Shown here: positions 35,525 through 51,698 of the stretch, piece after piece | Numbering within the stretch: position 1 is the first letter of the stretch | How the letters are laid out: the number at the start of each line of letters is the position of its first letter | NCBI GenBank assembly: GCA_964016885.1 | Contig: OZ024741.1 | Coordinates: 120,528,001-120,592,000, forward strand | DNA from: Eledone cirrhosa | Lineage: Eukaryota | Reading direction: 5' to 3' | Length of the DNA: 64,000 nt | Made by a program: the position numbers and the translations under genes | The notes under the pieces: model-generated | Databases searched by the model: none | The model's input: only the letters and a program-made list of their open reading frames with translations | What the model was told of the DNA's origin: nothing

Positions 35525-37103
35525 TTCGACAGAGTCCCCCGCTCCATTATCTGGTGGGCTCTTAGAAAACTAGGCGTTGACGAATGGCTTGTGAGGGCTA
35601 TACAAGCCATGTATAAAGAAACAGTCAGCAAGGTTAGAATTAACAACGAATATAGTGAAGAGTTTAGCGTAAAAGTTGGCGTCCATCAGGGCTCTGTTCT
35701 CAGCCCCCTACTATTTATTATTGCCCTTCAGTCTATAACAGAGGAGTTCAAGACAGGCTGCCCATGGGAACTCCTATACGCAGACGACCTGACACTCATT
35801 GCGGAATCAATGGCCGAGCTAGAGAAGAAATTCCAAACATGGAAGCACGGCCTAGAGTCAAAAGGACTTAAAATTAACCTGGCTAAGACCAAAGTTCTAG
35901 TTTGTAGGAAAGAAAACAAGGCGGCGGTCCCTTCTGGGAAATGGTCGTGCTCGGTGTGTAGGAAAGGCGTAGGTAGAAACTCCATTTTGTGTCCTAAATG
36001 CAAAGTATGGGTGCATAAAAGATGTAGTGGGATCACAGGTAAGCTAACTAAGAACATAGATTTTACATGTGGCCGGTGTTCTGGTGCAATAAGTAGCAGC
36101 AAGTGCCCACACAATACTAGCTCTTTCAATTGCGCAGAGGGTTCTATAGAAATAGTGGACAGCTTCCGTTACCTGGGCGATAAAATCAGCAGTGGGGGAG
36201 GGTGCTCTGAAAGTACTGTAGCTAGAGTCAGAACTGGTTGGAAAAAGTTCAGAGAGCTTATACCACTATTAGCTGCTAAAGGGTTCTCCCTAAAAATGAA
36301 AGGCAGGTTGTACGATGCCTGCATACGAACAGCAATGTTGCATGGCAGTGAGACCTGGGCATTGTGTGCAGAGGATATACGCAGACTAGAGAGGAACGAA
36401 GCTTGCATGCTCCGCTGGATGTGTAACAGTAATATACGTGAACGGCAAAGCATAAACGAACTAAGGAAAAAATTAGAGATAAGAGGGATCAGATGTTGTT
36501 TACTCGAGAGAAGGCTACGTTGGTATGGACACGTGATGCGCATGAAAGTCGATAGCTGTATAACAAAGTGCAGGGCAATAAAGATAGACGGTAGCCACGG
36601 AATAGGCAGACCTAGAAAAACCTGGGACGAGCTGATAAACTCCGACCTCACACACTTACACCTCTCCAAGACAATGTCACTGGACCGAGACCTTTGGCGG
36701 TACTCAGTAACAGAGAAGACCCGCCTTGCCAGTAGGCATCTCTAACAAAATACACCCCGTCCCACCACCACCACCCCCACCCCATCCACACCACCCCGTC
36801 CTATGTAAAGTTATGTTGGTGCCGCGCCATCCGGGCCGAAACAAATGAGATCGTGTAGGTGTCACGACAAAAAAACACACAGTCCACGCTGTAATGTGGC
36901 CGTGTAGGCAACACGGTAAAAACCTCCCAGACCCACACTGTAAATGTGGTTGGTGTTAGGAAGGGCATCCAACTGTAGAAAACCTGCCAGACAGTCCTAT
37001 GCGAGCAAGACAATCACTCTTGCCTCAAGTGGGACTACCCCCGTCCAAACCCACGCAAGCGTGGAACACGGACGTTAAACGTTGATGATGATGATGATGA
37101 TGA
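35525..37103 (+). mobile_element. RTE family A, 5'-truncated copy with uninterrupted RT C-terminal ORF and (TGA)n tail
   Basis: FDRVP...[13 protein letters not shown]...LLYADD...FRYLG...RLRWYGHV (ORF 35591-36745), 3' UTR, (TGA)7. Confidence 0.97.
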
Positions 37104-37310
37104 TATACATATATATACATATATATACATATACATATATATACATATATATACATATACATATATATATACATATACATATACATATATATACATATAT
37201 ATACATATATATATACATATACATATACATATATATACATATATATACATATACATATATATACATATATATACATATATATATATATACATATATATAC
37301 ATATACATAT

Positions 37311-37345
<35 letters not shown>

Positions 37346-37642
37346 TATATACATATATATACATATATATATACATATATATATACATATATATATATAC
37401 ATATACATATATATATATACATATATATATATACATATACATATACATATACATATATATATATACATATACATATATATATACATATATATATACATAT
37501 ATATATACATATATATACATATATATATACATATATATATACATATATATATATACATATACATATATATATACATATATATATATACATATACATATAT
37601 ATATACATATATATATACATATATATATACATATATATATAC

Positions 37643-37675
<33 letters not shown>

Positions 37676-37744
37676 CATATATATACATATATATATACAT
37701 ATATATATACATATATATATACATATATATATACATATATATAC

Positions 37745-37777
<33 letters not shown>

Positions 37778-37832
37778 GGTACATATACATATATATATAC
37801 ATATACATATACATATATATACATATATATAC

Positions 37833-37886
<54 letters not shown>

Positions 37887-38002
37887 ATACATATACATAT
37901 ACATATATATACATATATATACATATATATATACATATACATATACATATATATACATATATATACATATACATATATATACATATATATACATATACAT
38001 AT

Positions 38003-38050
<48 letters not shown>

Positions 38051-39086
38051 ACATATATATATACATATATATATATACATATATATATACATATATACAT
38101 ATATATATATACATATATATATATACATATATATATACATATATATATATACATATATACATATATATATATACATATATATATATACATATATATATAT
38201 ACATATATATATACATATATATATATACATATATATATATACATATATATATATATACATATATATATATACATATATATACATATACATATATATACAT
38301 ATACATATATATACATATATACATATATATATATACATATATATATATACATATATATACATATATATACATATATATATATACATATATATATATACAT
38401 ATATATACATATATATACATATATATATATACATATATATATATACATATATATATATACATATATATATATACATATATATACATATATATATATACAT
38501 ATATATATATACATATATATACATACATATATATATATACATATATACATATATATATATACATATATATATATACATATATATATATACATATATATAC
38601 ATATATATATATACATATATATATATACATATATATACATATATATATATACATATATATATATACATATATATACATATATATATATACATATATATAC
38701 ATATATATATATACATATATATACATATATATATATACATATATATATATACATATATATATATACATATATATACATATATATATATACATATATATAT
38801 ATACATATATATACATATATATATATACATATATATACATATATATATATACATATATATACATATATATATATACATATATATACATATATATATATAC
38901 ATATATATACATATATATACATATATATATATACATATATATACATATATATATATACATATATATACATATATATATATACATATATATACATATATAT
39001 ACATATACATATATATATATACATATATATACATATATATATATATACATATATATATACATATATATATATATACATATATATAC

Positions 39087-39117
<31 letters not shown>

Positions 39118-39618
39118 CATATATATACATATATATACATATACATACATATACATATATATACATATACATATATATACATATATATATATATACTTAT
39201 ATATACATATATATATATATACATATATATACATATATATATATATACATATATATACATATATATACATATATATATATATACATATATATACATATAT
39301 ATATATATACATATATATATACATATATATATATATACATATATATACATATATATACATATATATACATATATATACATATATATATATACATATATAT
39401 ATACATATACATATATATATACACATATATATACATATACATATATATACATATATATATATACATATACATATATACATATATATATACATATATACAT
39501 ATACATATATATACATATATATATATATACATATATATACATATATATATATATACATATATACATATATACATATATATACATATATACATATATATAC
39601 ATATATATATATATATAC

Positions 39619-39651
<33 letters not shown>

Positions 39652-39661
39652 GATACATATA

Positions 39662-39711
<50 letters not shown>

Positions 39712-41521
39712 CATATATATATATACATATATATATATACATATATATATATACATATACATATATACATATATATACATATACATATATATATATACAT
39801 ATACATATATACATATATATACATATATATACATATATACATATACATATATACATATATATATATACATATATATATATACATATATACATATATATAT
39901 ATACATATATATATATACATATATATATATACATATATATATATACATATATATATATACATATATATATATACATATATATATATACATATATATACAT
40001 ATATATATATACATACATATATATATATACATACATATATACATATATATTGACATATATACATATACATATATATACATACATACATACATATATACAT
40101 ACATACATATATATATACATACATATATATATACATATACATACATACATATATATATACACATACATACATATATATATATACACATACATACATATAT
40201 ATATATATACACATACATACATATATATATATATACACATACATACATATATATATATATACACATACATACATATATATATATATACACATACATACAT
40301 ATATATATATATACACATACATACATATATATATAACACATACATACATATATATATATATACACATACATACATATATATATATATACACATACATACA
40401 TATATATATATATACACATACATACATATATATATATATACACATACATACATATATATATATATACACATACATACATATATATATATATACACATACA
40501 TACATATATATATATATACACATACATACATATATATATATATACACATACATACATATATATATAATATACACATACATACATATATATATATATACAC
40601 ATACATACATATATATATATATACACATACATACATATATATATATATACACATACATACATATATATATATATACACATACATACATATATATATATAT
40701 ACACATACATACATATATATATATATACACATACATACATATATATATATATACACATACATACATATATATATATATACACATACATACATATATATAT
40801 ATATACACATACATACATATATATATATATACACATACATACATATATATATATATACACATACATACATATATATATATATACACATACATACATATAT
40901 ATATATATACACATACATACATATATATATATATACACATACATACATATATATATATATACACATACATACATATATATATATATACACATACATACAT
41001 ATATATAATATATACACATATATATATATATACATATATATACACATATATATATATATACTTATTATATATATATACATATATATATACATATATATAT
41101 ACATATATATATACATATATATATACATATATATATACATATATATATACATATATATACATATATATACATATATATACATATATATATACATATATAC
41201 ATATATATATACATATATACATATATATATACATATGTAGGAGGTGAGTTTTATTGTAGTACAATAAAGCAATGCAGATATCGGATAAGAAGCACTCTAC
41301 AGTTTGTGGGACTGGAGTATGCATAATATAAGATCAAAAGATGGTTAAAGGAGTTCCATATATTTTATTATGCGCATTTCAAAAACAAACATCAAGCAAT
41401 AATATTTGTGTTTTCATCAGATAAAACAGGAGAACATGATATGAAGGCTAAAAAAACACTTGTTGAAAGTGCAGTTTTAAATCAACATATGAAAAGTGGT
41501 TTTAGATTGATGTGTGATATT

Positions 41522-41945
41522 GGGAAAAATATTTTATTTAGAGAGGGGGGGGGAGAAGGATGAAAAGGGAAGGAGATGAGAGGGAGAGATGGGTGATAGA
41601 GAGAAAGAGAGTTTTTATAACTGAGAGGAGATATATTATTTACATAGAGGGGTTGAAAACCGTTGGAAGATACTGTATAAATTAAAAATTTCGAAAATTA
41701 ACGAAGGGAGGATATGTGCGAGGAAAAAATATTTTATTTAGGGAGGGTGGGGTGGAAAGGATGAAAAAAAGGGGGGAGGAGATGAGAGTGAAGGTGGAGA
41801 GGGAGAGATGGGTGATAGAGAGAAAGAGATAGTTTTTATAACTGAGAAAAAGATATGTTTTAATATAGAGAGGTTGGGAACCGTTGGAAGATAATGTATA
41901 AATTAAAGGAATTTGAAAATTAACGAAGGGAAATTATGTATGAAG
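41522..41945. repeat. Diverged tandem duplication of a ~200-bp purine-rich unit
   Basis: GGAAAAATATTTTATTTAG...AGATGGGTGATAGAGAGAAAGAGA...AACCGTTGGAAGATA.TGTATAAATTAAA...AAAATTAACGAAGGGA occurs twice. Confidence 0.85.
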
Positions 41946-42097
41946 ATAGAGAGAAAAAAAAATAATAATTGTGGGTGAATATTCTAACGTCAAAAGAAGA
42001 AATGTATGTATTGTGGCAATTTCAAAATTAGCGAAGAGAAAAATTGTTAAGGTAGAAGGATTTGAGAAGTGTAGAAGTGTAGAAGTGAGAAGTGTAG

Positions 42098-45000
42098 AAG
42101 TGTGTGAGGTCGGAGTTTATCAGCTCGTCCCAGGTTTTTCTAGGTCTGCCTATTCCGTGGCTACCGTCTATCTTTATTGCCCTGCACTTTGTTATACAGC
42201 TATCGACTTTCATGCGCATCACGTGTCCATACCAACGCAGCCTTCTCTCGAGTAAACAACATCTGATCCCTCTTATCTCTAATTTTTTCCTTAGTTCGTT
42301 TATGCTTTGCCATTCACGTATATTACTGCTACACATCCAGCGGAGCATGCAAGCTTCGTTCCTCTCTAGTCTGCGTATATCCTCTGCACACAATGCCCAG
42401 GTCTCACTACCATGCAACATTGCTGTTCGTATGCAGGCATCGTACAACCTGCCTTTCATTTTTAGGGAGAACCCTTTAGCAGCTAATAGTGGTATAAGCT
42501 CTCTGAACTTTTTCCAACCAGTTCTGACTCTAGCTACAGTACTTTCAGAGCACCCTCCCCCACTGCTGATTTTATCGCCCAGGTAACGGAAGCTGTCCAC
42601 TATTTCTATAGAACCCTCTGCGCAATTGAAAGAGCTAGTATTTTGTGGGCACTTGCTGCTACTTATTGCACCAGAACACCGGCCACATGTAAAATCTATG
42701 TTCTTAGTTAGCTTACCTGTGATCCCACTACATCTTTTATGCACCCATACTTTGAATTTGGGACATAAAATGGAGTTTCTACCTACGCCTTTCCTACACA
42801 CCGAGCACGACCATTTCCCAGAAGGGACCGCCGCCTTGTTTTCTTTCCTACAAACTAGAACTTTGGTCTTAGCCAGGTTAATTTTAAGTCCTTTTGACTC
42901 TAGGCCGTGCTTCCATGTTTGGAATTTCTTCTCTAGCTCGGCCATTGATTCCGCTATGAGTGTCAGGTCGTCTGCGTATAGGAGTTCCCATGCGCAGCCT
43001 GTCTTGAACTCCTCTGTTATAGCCTGAAGGGCAATAATAAATAGTAGGGGGCTGAGAACAGAGCCCTGATGGACGCCAACTTTTACGCTAAACTCTTCAC
43101 TATATTCGTTGTTAATTCTAACCTTGCTGACTGTTTCTTTATACATGGCTTGTATAGCCCTCACAAGCCATTCGTCAACGCCTAGTTTTCTAAGAGCCCA
43201 CCAGATAATGGAGCGGGGGACTGTCGAAGGCTTTCTCCAGGTCGACAAAAGCTAAGTAGAGGGGTTTAGCTTTAGCTAGGTACTTCTCCTGTAGTTGTCG
43301 TACTATGAAAAGAGCGTCTGTGGTGCTTTTGCCTGACACAAACCCGAACTGCATTTCATCTAGGTCAATTCTCTCTCTGATTAGTTGCGCTATTACTTTT
43401 TCCGTGACCTTCATGACCTGGTCGATTAATTTAATGCCTCTATAGTTACTCCTATCTAGGGCGTCTCCTTTACCCTTATAACGGTTAACGATGATGCTGC
43501 TATGCCAGTCCTTCGGAACAACCCCATTCTGTACGACTTGGTTAACTATGCGGGTGACCATGGTGTGTCCCACCGTGCCAGATGCCTTCAGCATCTCAGC
43601 AACTATTTCCGAAGGCCCAGCCGCCTTACCCGTCTTCATATCCTTGATTGCCTTACTTATTATACTCCCCTCGACTAACACTGCTGGTCCCTCTATTGGG
43701 TCGATATGGGGGAAACTGTCTTTCTCCCATTTATTCTCCTCATTTAGTAGCCTTTCATAGTGACACTTCCAAGCTACCTTCTTATCAGTGTCGGTGATGG
43801 CAAGTATGCCATCATCGTTAAGTACACACTTCTCCCCGACAATATCACGGTTTTCCTTGACGCATTGCCTAGCAATCCTGAACACCTCACGTTTTTGGTC
43901 ATCGCGTTGTAGAACATGCTTGAACTTTCTTTCCTCAGCTTCCCTTCTTGCTAAGTACACTTCTCTCCTAGCTTCCCTCCGGCCACTTGATAGTCTTCTC
44001 TACTTCCCCCATCCCGCCATACTTTCCAAGCCTGCTTTTTGGCCTTAATTGACCCCTCCACCTTACTGTTCCACCACCATGTTACTCTCCTCCTGCCTAC
44101 AGGCCTGCTCCAGCCACAGACTTCGTCTGTCGCCAACAGCAGGTTTGCTTTCAGAAATTCCCACTGTCCCTCTATATTGTCTGATTCTAGATCTTCCTTA
44201 CTGTCGAAAGCATCAAGTAATATGCTTTGAAATTTATTTCTGGCTGTGGGGTCCTTTAGTTTCCATATTTTCCTCCTGAGGATAGTCCTCTTCTGCTGTC
44301 GAGTACGTCTCGTCCTGACTATGAGGTCGCTAATTATCAGTCTATGTTGGGAGGTGCATTCTTCATGGGGGAGGGATTTAGTGTTTACAACAGACACTGT
44401 CACGTCTTCTGGTAAGGATATAATCTACCTGGCTTGTGTGTTCCCCGGATCTATAGGTGATCAGGTGATTGTCACGTTTTTTGAAGTTAGTGTTACAGAT
44501 AGTTAGGTTATTTGCATCACAGAATTCCAGGATTCTGGAGCCTTCCTCATTTCTAGTACCAAACCCATAGCCTCCATGGATTTCGTCGTAGCCGTCACAA
44601 TGTTGTCCAACGTGACCATTTAGGTCGCCTGCAGTAATTATATAGTCACTGTCAGATATTTGGGAGGTAGTTAGCAACAGTGTCTCATAGAATCTGTCTT
44701 TTATAGTGCCGGGCAGTCCGGATTGGGGTGCGTACGCAGATATTACTGTCACCGTAGTTCTATTCAGGACAAGTCGTATTTTAATTATTCTGTCGTTCAC
44801 TCTATTTACGTCTATTATCTTATCTGCCCACTTTTCTGCTACCATGGTTCCTACTCCACCCAGCCCATCGTCGTTTCCCACCCAGAAAAGCTTATAACAT
44901 CATTTTTTACCCTCAATGAATCTAGCAGACCCACCCCTCCACCTGGTCTCTTGAATACAACAAACATCGACCTCCTTACGTTCGAGCATTTCTACAACCT

Positions 45001-45236
45001 CGTTAGCGCGACCCTTTAGGGTGCCTACATTTATGGTACCAACTCTGAAGTTTGGGATTGCGTTTGGAGGGTGGGGCGGTGGGGTGCGGGGGGAGATGGG
45101 GTTATGTTAGCCGTCCGCGGACGAAACAAAGAGGAGTGCTCGCATTCTCGTCCACGAGGTGAATTTGACTTTAACTTTGGCATTTTCGCTCTGAGCGTCC
45201 AGATTTTCCTCTCCCTTCCACTCTCCAGGATTCCGC
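42098..45236 (-). mobile_element. RTE family A, near full-length (APE endonuclease + RT), disrupted and 3'-truncated
   Basis: APE motifs [40 protein letters not shown]; RT motifs YRGIKL, QFGF, FVDLEKAFD, QGSVLSP, YADD. One in-frame TGA near 44900 and three frameshifts. Confidence 0.97.
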
Positions 45237-46156
45237 ATATACATATATATACATATACATATACATACATATATACATACACACATATATACACACATAT
45301 ATATATATACACATATATATATACACATATATATACACATATATATACATACATATACATATACATACATATATATATACATATATATATACATACATAT
45401 ATATATACATATACATACATATATATATACATATATATATATATACATATACATACATATATATATACATATACATACATATATATATACATATATATAT
45501 ACATATATATATATACATATATACATATACATATATACATATACATATATATATATACATATATATATATACATATATACATATACATATATACATATAC
45601 ATATATATATATACATATATATATATACATATATACATATACATACATATACATATATATATATACATATATATATATACATATATATATATACATATAT
45701 ATATATACATACATATATATACATATATACATATACATACATATATATACATATATACATATACATATATATATACATATATATATACATATATATATAC
45801 ATATATATATACATATATATATACATATATATATATACATATATATATACATATATATATACATATATATATATACATATATATATACATATATATATAT
45901 ACATATATATATATACATATACATATACATATATACATATATATATACATATATATATACATATATATATACATATATATATACATATATATATACATAT
46001 ATATATACATATATATATACATATATACATATATATATACATATATATATATACATATATATATACATATATATATATACATATATATATACATATATAT
46101 ATATACACATATATATATACATATATATATACATATATATATATACATATATATAC

Positions 46157-46245
<89 letters not shown>

Positions 46246-46252
46246 TATATAC

Positions 46253-46295
<43 letters not shown>

Positions 46296-46364
46296 TATAT
46301 ACATATATATATATATACATATATATATACATATATATATATATATAGATATATATATACATAC

Positions 46365-46409
<45 letters not shown>

Positions 46410-46530
46410 TATATACATATATATATATATATACATATATATATACATATATATATATATATAGATATATATATACAAACATATATATATATACATATAT
46501 ATATACATATATATACATATATATATACAT

Positions 46531-46564
<34 letters not shown>

Positions 46565-46650
46565 ATATATATACACATATATATATATACACATATATAT
46601 ATATACACATATATATACACATATATATATACACATATATATATATACAC

Positions 46651-46681
<31 letters not shown>

Positions 46682-46724
46682 CATATATATACATATACAT
46701 ATATATATATATACATATATATAC

Positions 46725-46755
<31 letters not shown>

Positions 46756-47214
46756 CATATATACACATATATATACATATATACACATATATATACATAT
46801 ATATACATACATATATATATATACATACATATATATACATATATATACATACATATATATATATATACATACATATATATATATATATATACATATATAT
46901 ATACATACATATATATATACATATATATATATATACATACATACATATATACATACATATATACATATATATATACATACATACATATACATACATACAT
47001 ACATATATATATACATATATATACATATATACATATATATATATATACATATATATACATATACATATATACATATACATATATACATATACACATATAC
47101 ACATATATATATACATATACATATATATACATATACATATATACATATACATATATACATATACACATATATATATACATATACATATATACATATACAT
47201 ATATACATATACAC

Positions 47215-47263
<49 letters not shown>

Positions 47264-48228
47264 CATATATATACATATATATATATACATATATATACAT
47301 ATATACATATATATACATATATATATACACATATATATATATACACATATATATATATACACATATATATATATACACATATATATATATACACATATAT
47401 ATATATACATATATATATATACATATATATATATATACACATATATATATATACACATATATATATATACACATATATATATATACATATATATATATAC
47501 ATATATATATATACATATATATATATACATATATATATATACATATATATATATACATATATATATATACATATATATATATACATATATATATATACAT
47601 ATATATATATACATATATATATATACATATATATATATACATATATATATATACATATATATATATACATATATATATATACATATATATATATACATAT
47701 ATATATATACATATATATATACATATATATATACATATATATATACATATATATATATACATATATACATATATATATATACATATATACATATATATAT
47801 ACATATATATATACATATACATATATATACATATATATATATACATATACATATATACATACATATACATACACATATATACATATATATACATATATAT
47901 ACATATATATACATATATATACATATATATACATATATATACATATACATACATATATATACATATACATATATATACATATATATACATATACATATAT
48001 ATACATATATATATACATATATATACATATATATATACATATATATACATATACATATATATACATATATATACATATATATACATATATATACATACAT
48101 ATACATATACATATACATATATATACATATACCTATATATACATATACATACATATATATATATATACATATATATATACATATACATATATATATATAC
48201 ATATATATATACATATATATACATATAC

Positions 48229-48293
<65 letters not shown>

Positions 48294-48336
48294 CATATAT
48301 ATATATACATATACATATATATATATATATATATAC

Positions 48337-48367
<31 letters not shown>

Positions 48368-48574
48368 CATATATATACATATATATATATATACATATAC
48401 ATATATATATATATACATATATATATACATATATATACATATATATACATATATACATGTATATATGTATATATATACATATATACATGTATATATGTAT
48501 ATATATATATATACATGTATATATGTATATATATACATATACATATATACACATATATACATATATACATATAC

Positions 48575-48615
<41 letters not shown>

Positions 48616-49360
48616 CATACATACATATATATACATACATACATACATATATATACATACATACATACATATATATACATACATACACATACATACATAT
48701 ATACATATATATACATACATACATATACATACATACATATACATACATACATATACATACATACATATACATACATACATATACATACATACATATACAT
48801 ACATACATATACATACATACATATACATACATACATATACATACATACATATACATACATACATATACATACATACATATACATACATACATATACATAC
48901 ATACATATACATACATACATATACATACATACATATACATACATACATATACATACATACATATACATACATACATATACATACATACATATACATACAT
49001 ACATATACATACATACATATACATACATACATATACATACATACATATACATACATACATATACATACATACATATACATACATACATATACATACATAC
49101 ATATACATACATACATATACATACATACATATACATACATACATATACATACATACATATACATACATACATACATACACATACATACATACACATACAT
49201 ACATATACATACATACATATACATACATACATATACATACATACATATACATACATACATATACATACATACATATACATACATACATATACATACATAC
49301 ATATACATACATACATATACATACATACATATACATACATACATACACATATATACATAC

Positions 49361-49501
<141 letters not shown>

Positions 49502-49508
49502 CATATAC

Positions 49509-49579
<71 letters not shown>

Positions 49580-49622
49580 CATACATATACATACATATAT
49601 ATACATACATACATATATATAC

Positions 49623-49728
<106 letters not shown>

Positions 49729-49796
49729 ACATACATATATATATATACATACATATATATATATACATACATATATATACATATATATACATACAT

Positions 49797-50519
49797 AAGC
49801 TGGACCACGCATATAAGCAGCAAAGTTGACATGGCCCGCAGAATGTGTTCCTGGATCCTCAGAACCTTCCAGTCGAGAGATTCCCGCACCATTATCCTTC
49901 TCTTCTCTACTTTCGCCCGACCACACCTTGAATACTGTTGTCCACTGTGGTCTCCCCACACGAAACAAAGTATCATGAAACTTGAAGCTCCTCAAAGGGC
50001 AATCATGAAAAAGATAGATGGCATGTCAGACCTTGACTACTGGGGTCGATTAGAAAACCTGAAACTTTACTCACTCCAACGTCGCCGTGAGCGTTATATT
50101 ATCTGCATGATGTGGAAAATGTTCCATCATCACTGCCCAAATGATGTTGGCATCGCCTTCAAGATACACCCAAGGCTTGGGCCCCGTGCTATCCGTCCCA
50201 TTCAAAAATCTAAATCGCAACTCATAACAACAATACGGCACAATTATTTCACCTCAATCGGCCCTGCTCTCTTCAACATCACACCAGGACACGTCAAAAC
50301 AGAAACTGACCACACAAAATTCAAGAAGTCTTTGGACAAATTCCTCCAAGTAATCCCGGACAAACCACCCACACCCGGATATGTCTCCGCAAACAGTAAT
50401 TCTCTTCTCGAATGGGCCATGGTGCCCAAATCCTGAATTGAAAGACTTCGCCAGGTGGTGCTATTAAGTTAGACATGGCCTGGGCCAATACTGGCCAAAA
50501 CATTTCAGTTATTCAAAGT
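49797..50519 (+). mobile_element. CR1-clade LINE, 3' end
   Basis: SWTTHI...WILRTF..RD...[20 protein letters not shown]...LEAPQR...[20 protein letters not shown], then a short 3' UTR. Confidence 0.92.
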
Positions 50520-50565
<46 letters not shown>

Positions 50566-50593
50566 CATACATACATATATATACATACATATA

Positions 50594-50627
<34 letters not shown>

Positions 50628-50643
50628 CATACATACATACATA

Positions 50644-51247
50644 TGGTGGCTGCCAACTCATTTTCGAGTACGGCCACTACTTTATATCCATGTAAGAGAA
50701 CCCCTACCGATACGCTGAACAAGTGTGACTTTTTAGTCCAGCCAACGACTTGAAAACTGGTACAAACACTACACTTGTGACAATTATTGACACAGTGCTG
50801 GGCCCATGGTACCATGTGACGACAAGTGCAGAGAGATCTCCAGATATAAAGCAATGCCTGTGCCGTGAAGCTTTTATAGTGAGCAAAGGCACTGCACAAA
50901 GCCAGTCCCACTCTCTTAACCAAGATGATATTTACCAAAAAGAAGAACAAGTCAACATCATTGGATACCATCAGGGTTGCAGGTGTTATATCAGAGTTTT
51001 CCTTCTCCTAGAATTCTGCCTTGACAAAGGCTAAGGGGTCATCTCTCCCGGTGATTTTGGATGGCCATTGACTCTTAAGAGCTCCTTTTCCCTTTGACAG
51101 GTTTTGTTTTTAGTCCTGAAGGATGTCCAAAGTCACCCTCCTCACCAAGAAACCTTGGTGGGGTTGCCAGTTTAGTCGCCAACGACCCGACCATGAGACA
51201 GGTTGTACTGGGATACATGTTACCAGTAGCACCAACTGGTGACCTGA
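50644..51247 (-). mobile_element. Family B element, copy 5, apparently full length
   Basis: Same sequence and termini as copies 2 and 3. Confidence 0.88.
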
Positions 51248-51292
51248 CATATACATACATATACATACATACATACATACATACATACATAC

Positions 51293-51621
51293 AGAAAAAT
51301 ACAGGAGGAGGACATCTAAGGACCATTGATGAGGAGTTTACAAATCCAGTATCCAAGATACACCTTTAGCTTCATACCCATCATTATTGGTGCTACGGGT
51401 TATATACCAACCCGCTTGGACCAAAGTATGACTGAACTTGGATTTGCGGACAAAAAGCGCAGCTCCCTAATTCATAGTCTACAAATGGCTGCGATAGCTG
51501 GCACCTTCAAAATTTGCAAAACATTCTTGCGATTCAAGGGATGACAATTTCTTTTCTTTTACAACCTTGCCACCAGGAAGGTGGCCGGTCAAAAAATACT
51601 CAAAATTAAGAGAAAGAGAAA
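51293..51621 (+). mobile_element. R4/Dong-like (restriction-like endonuclease) non-LTR retrotransposon, 3' fragment
   Basis: LMRSLQIQYPRYTFSFIPIIIGATGYIP...[17 protein letters not shown] resembles the P(I/V)(V/I)IG.(L/T)G...LQ.....GT.KI C-terminus of RLE-type LINEs. Confidence 0.65.
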
Positions 51622-51660
51622 ACATACATACACATACATACATACACATACATATATACA

Positions 51661-51698
<38 letters not shown>

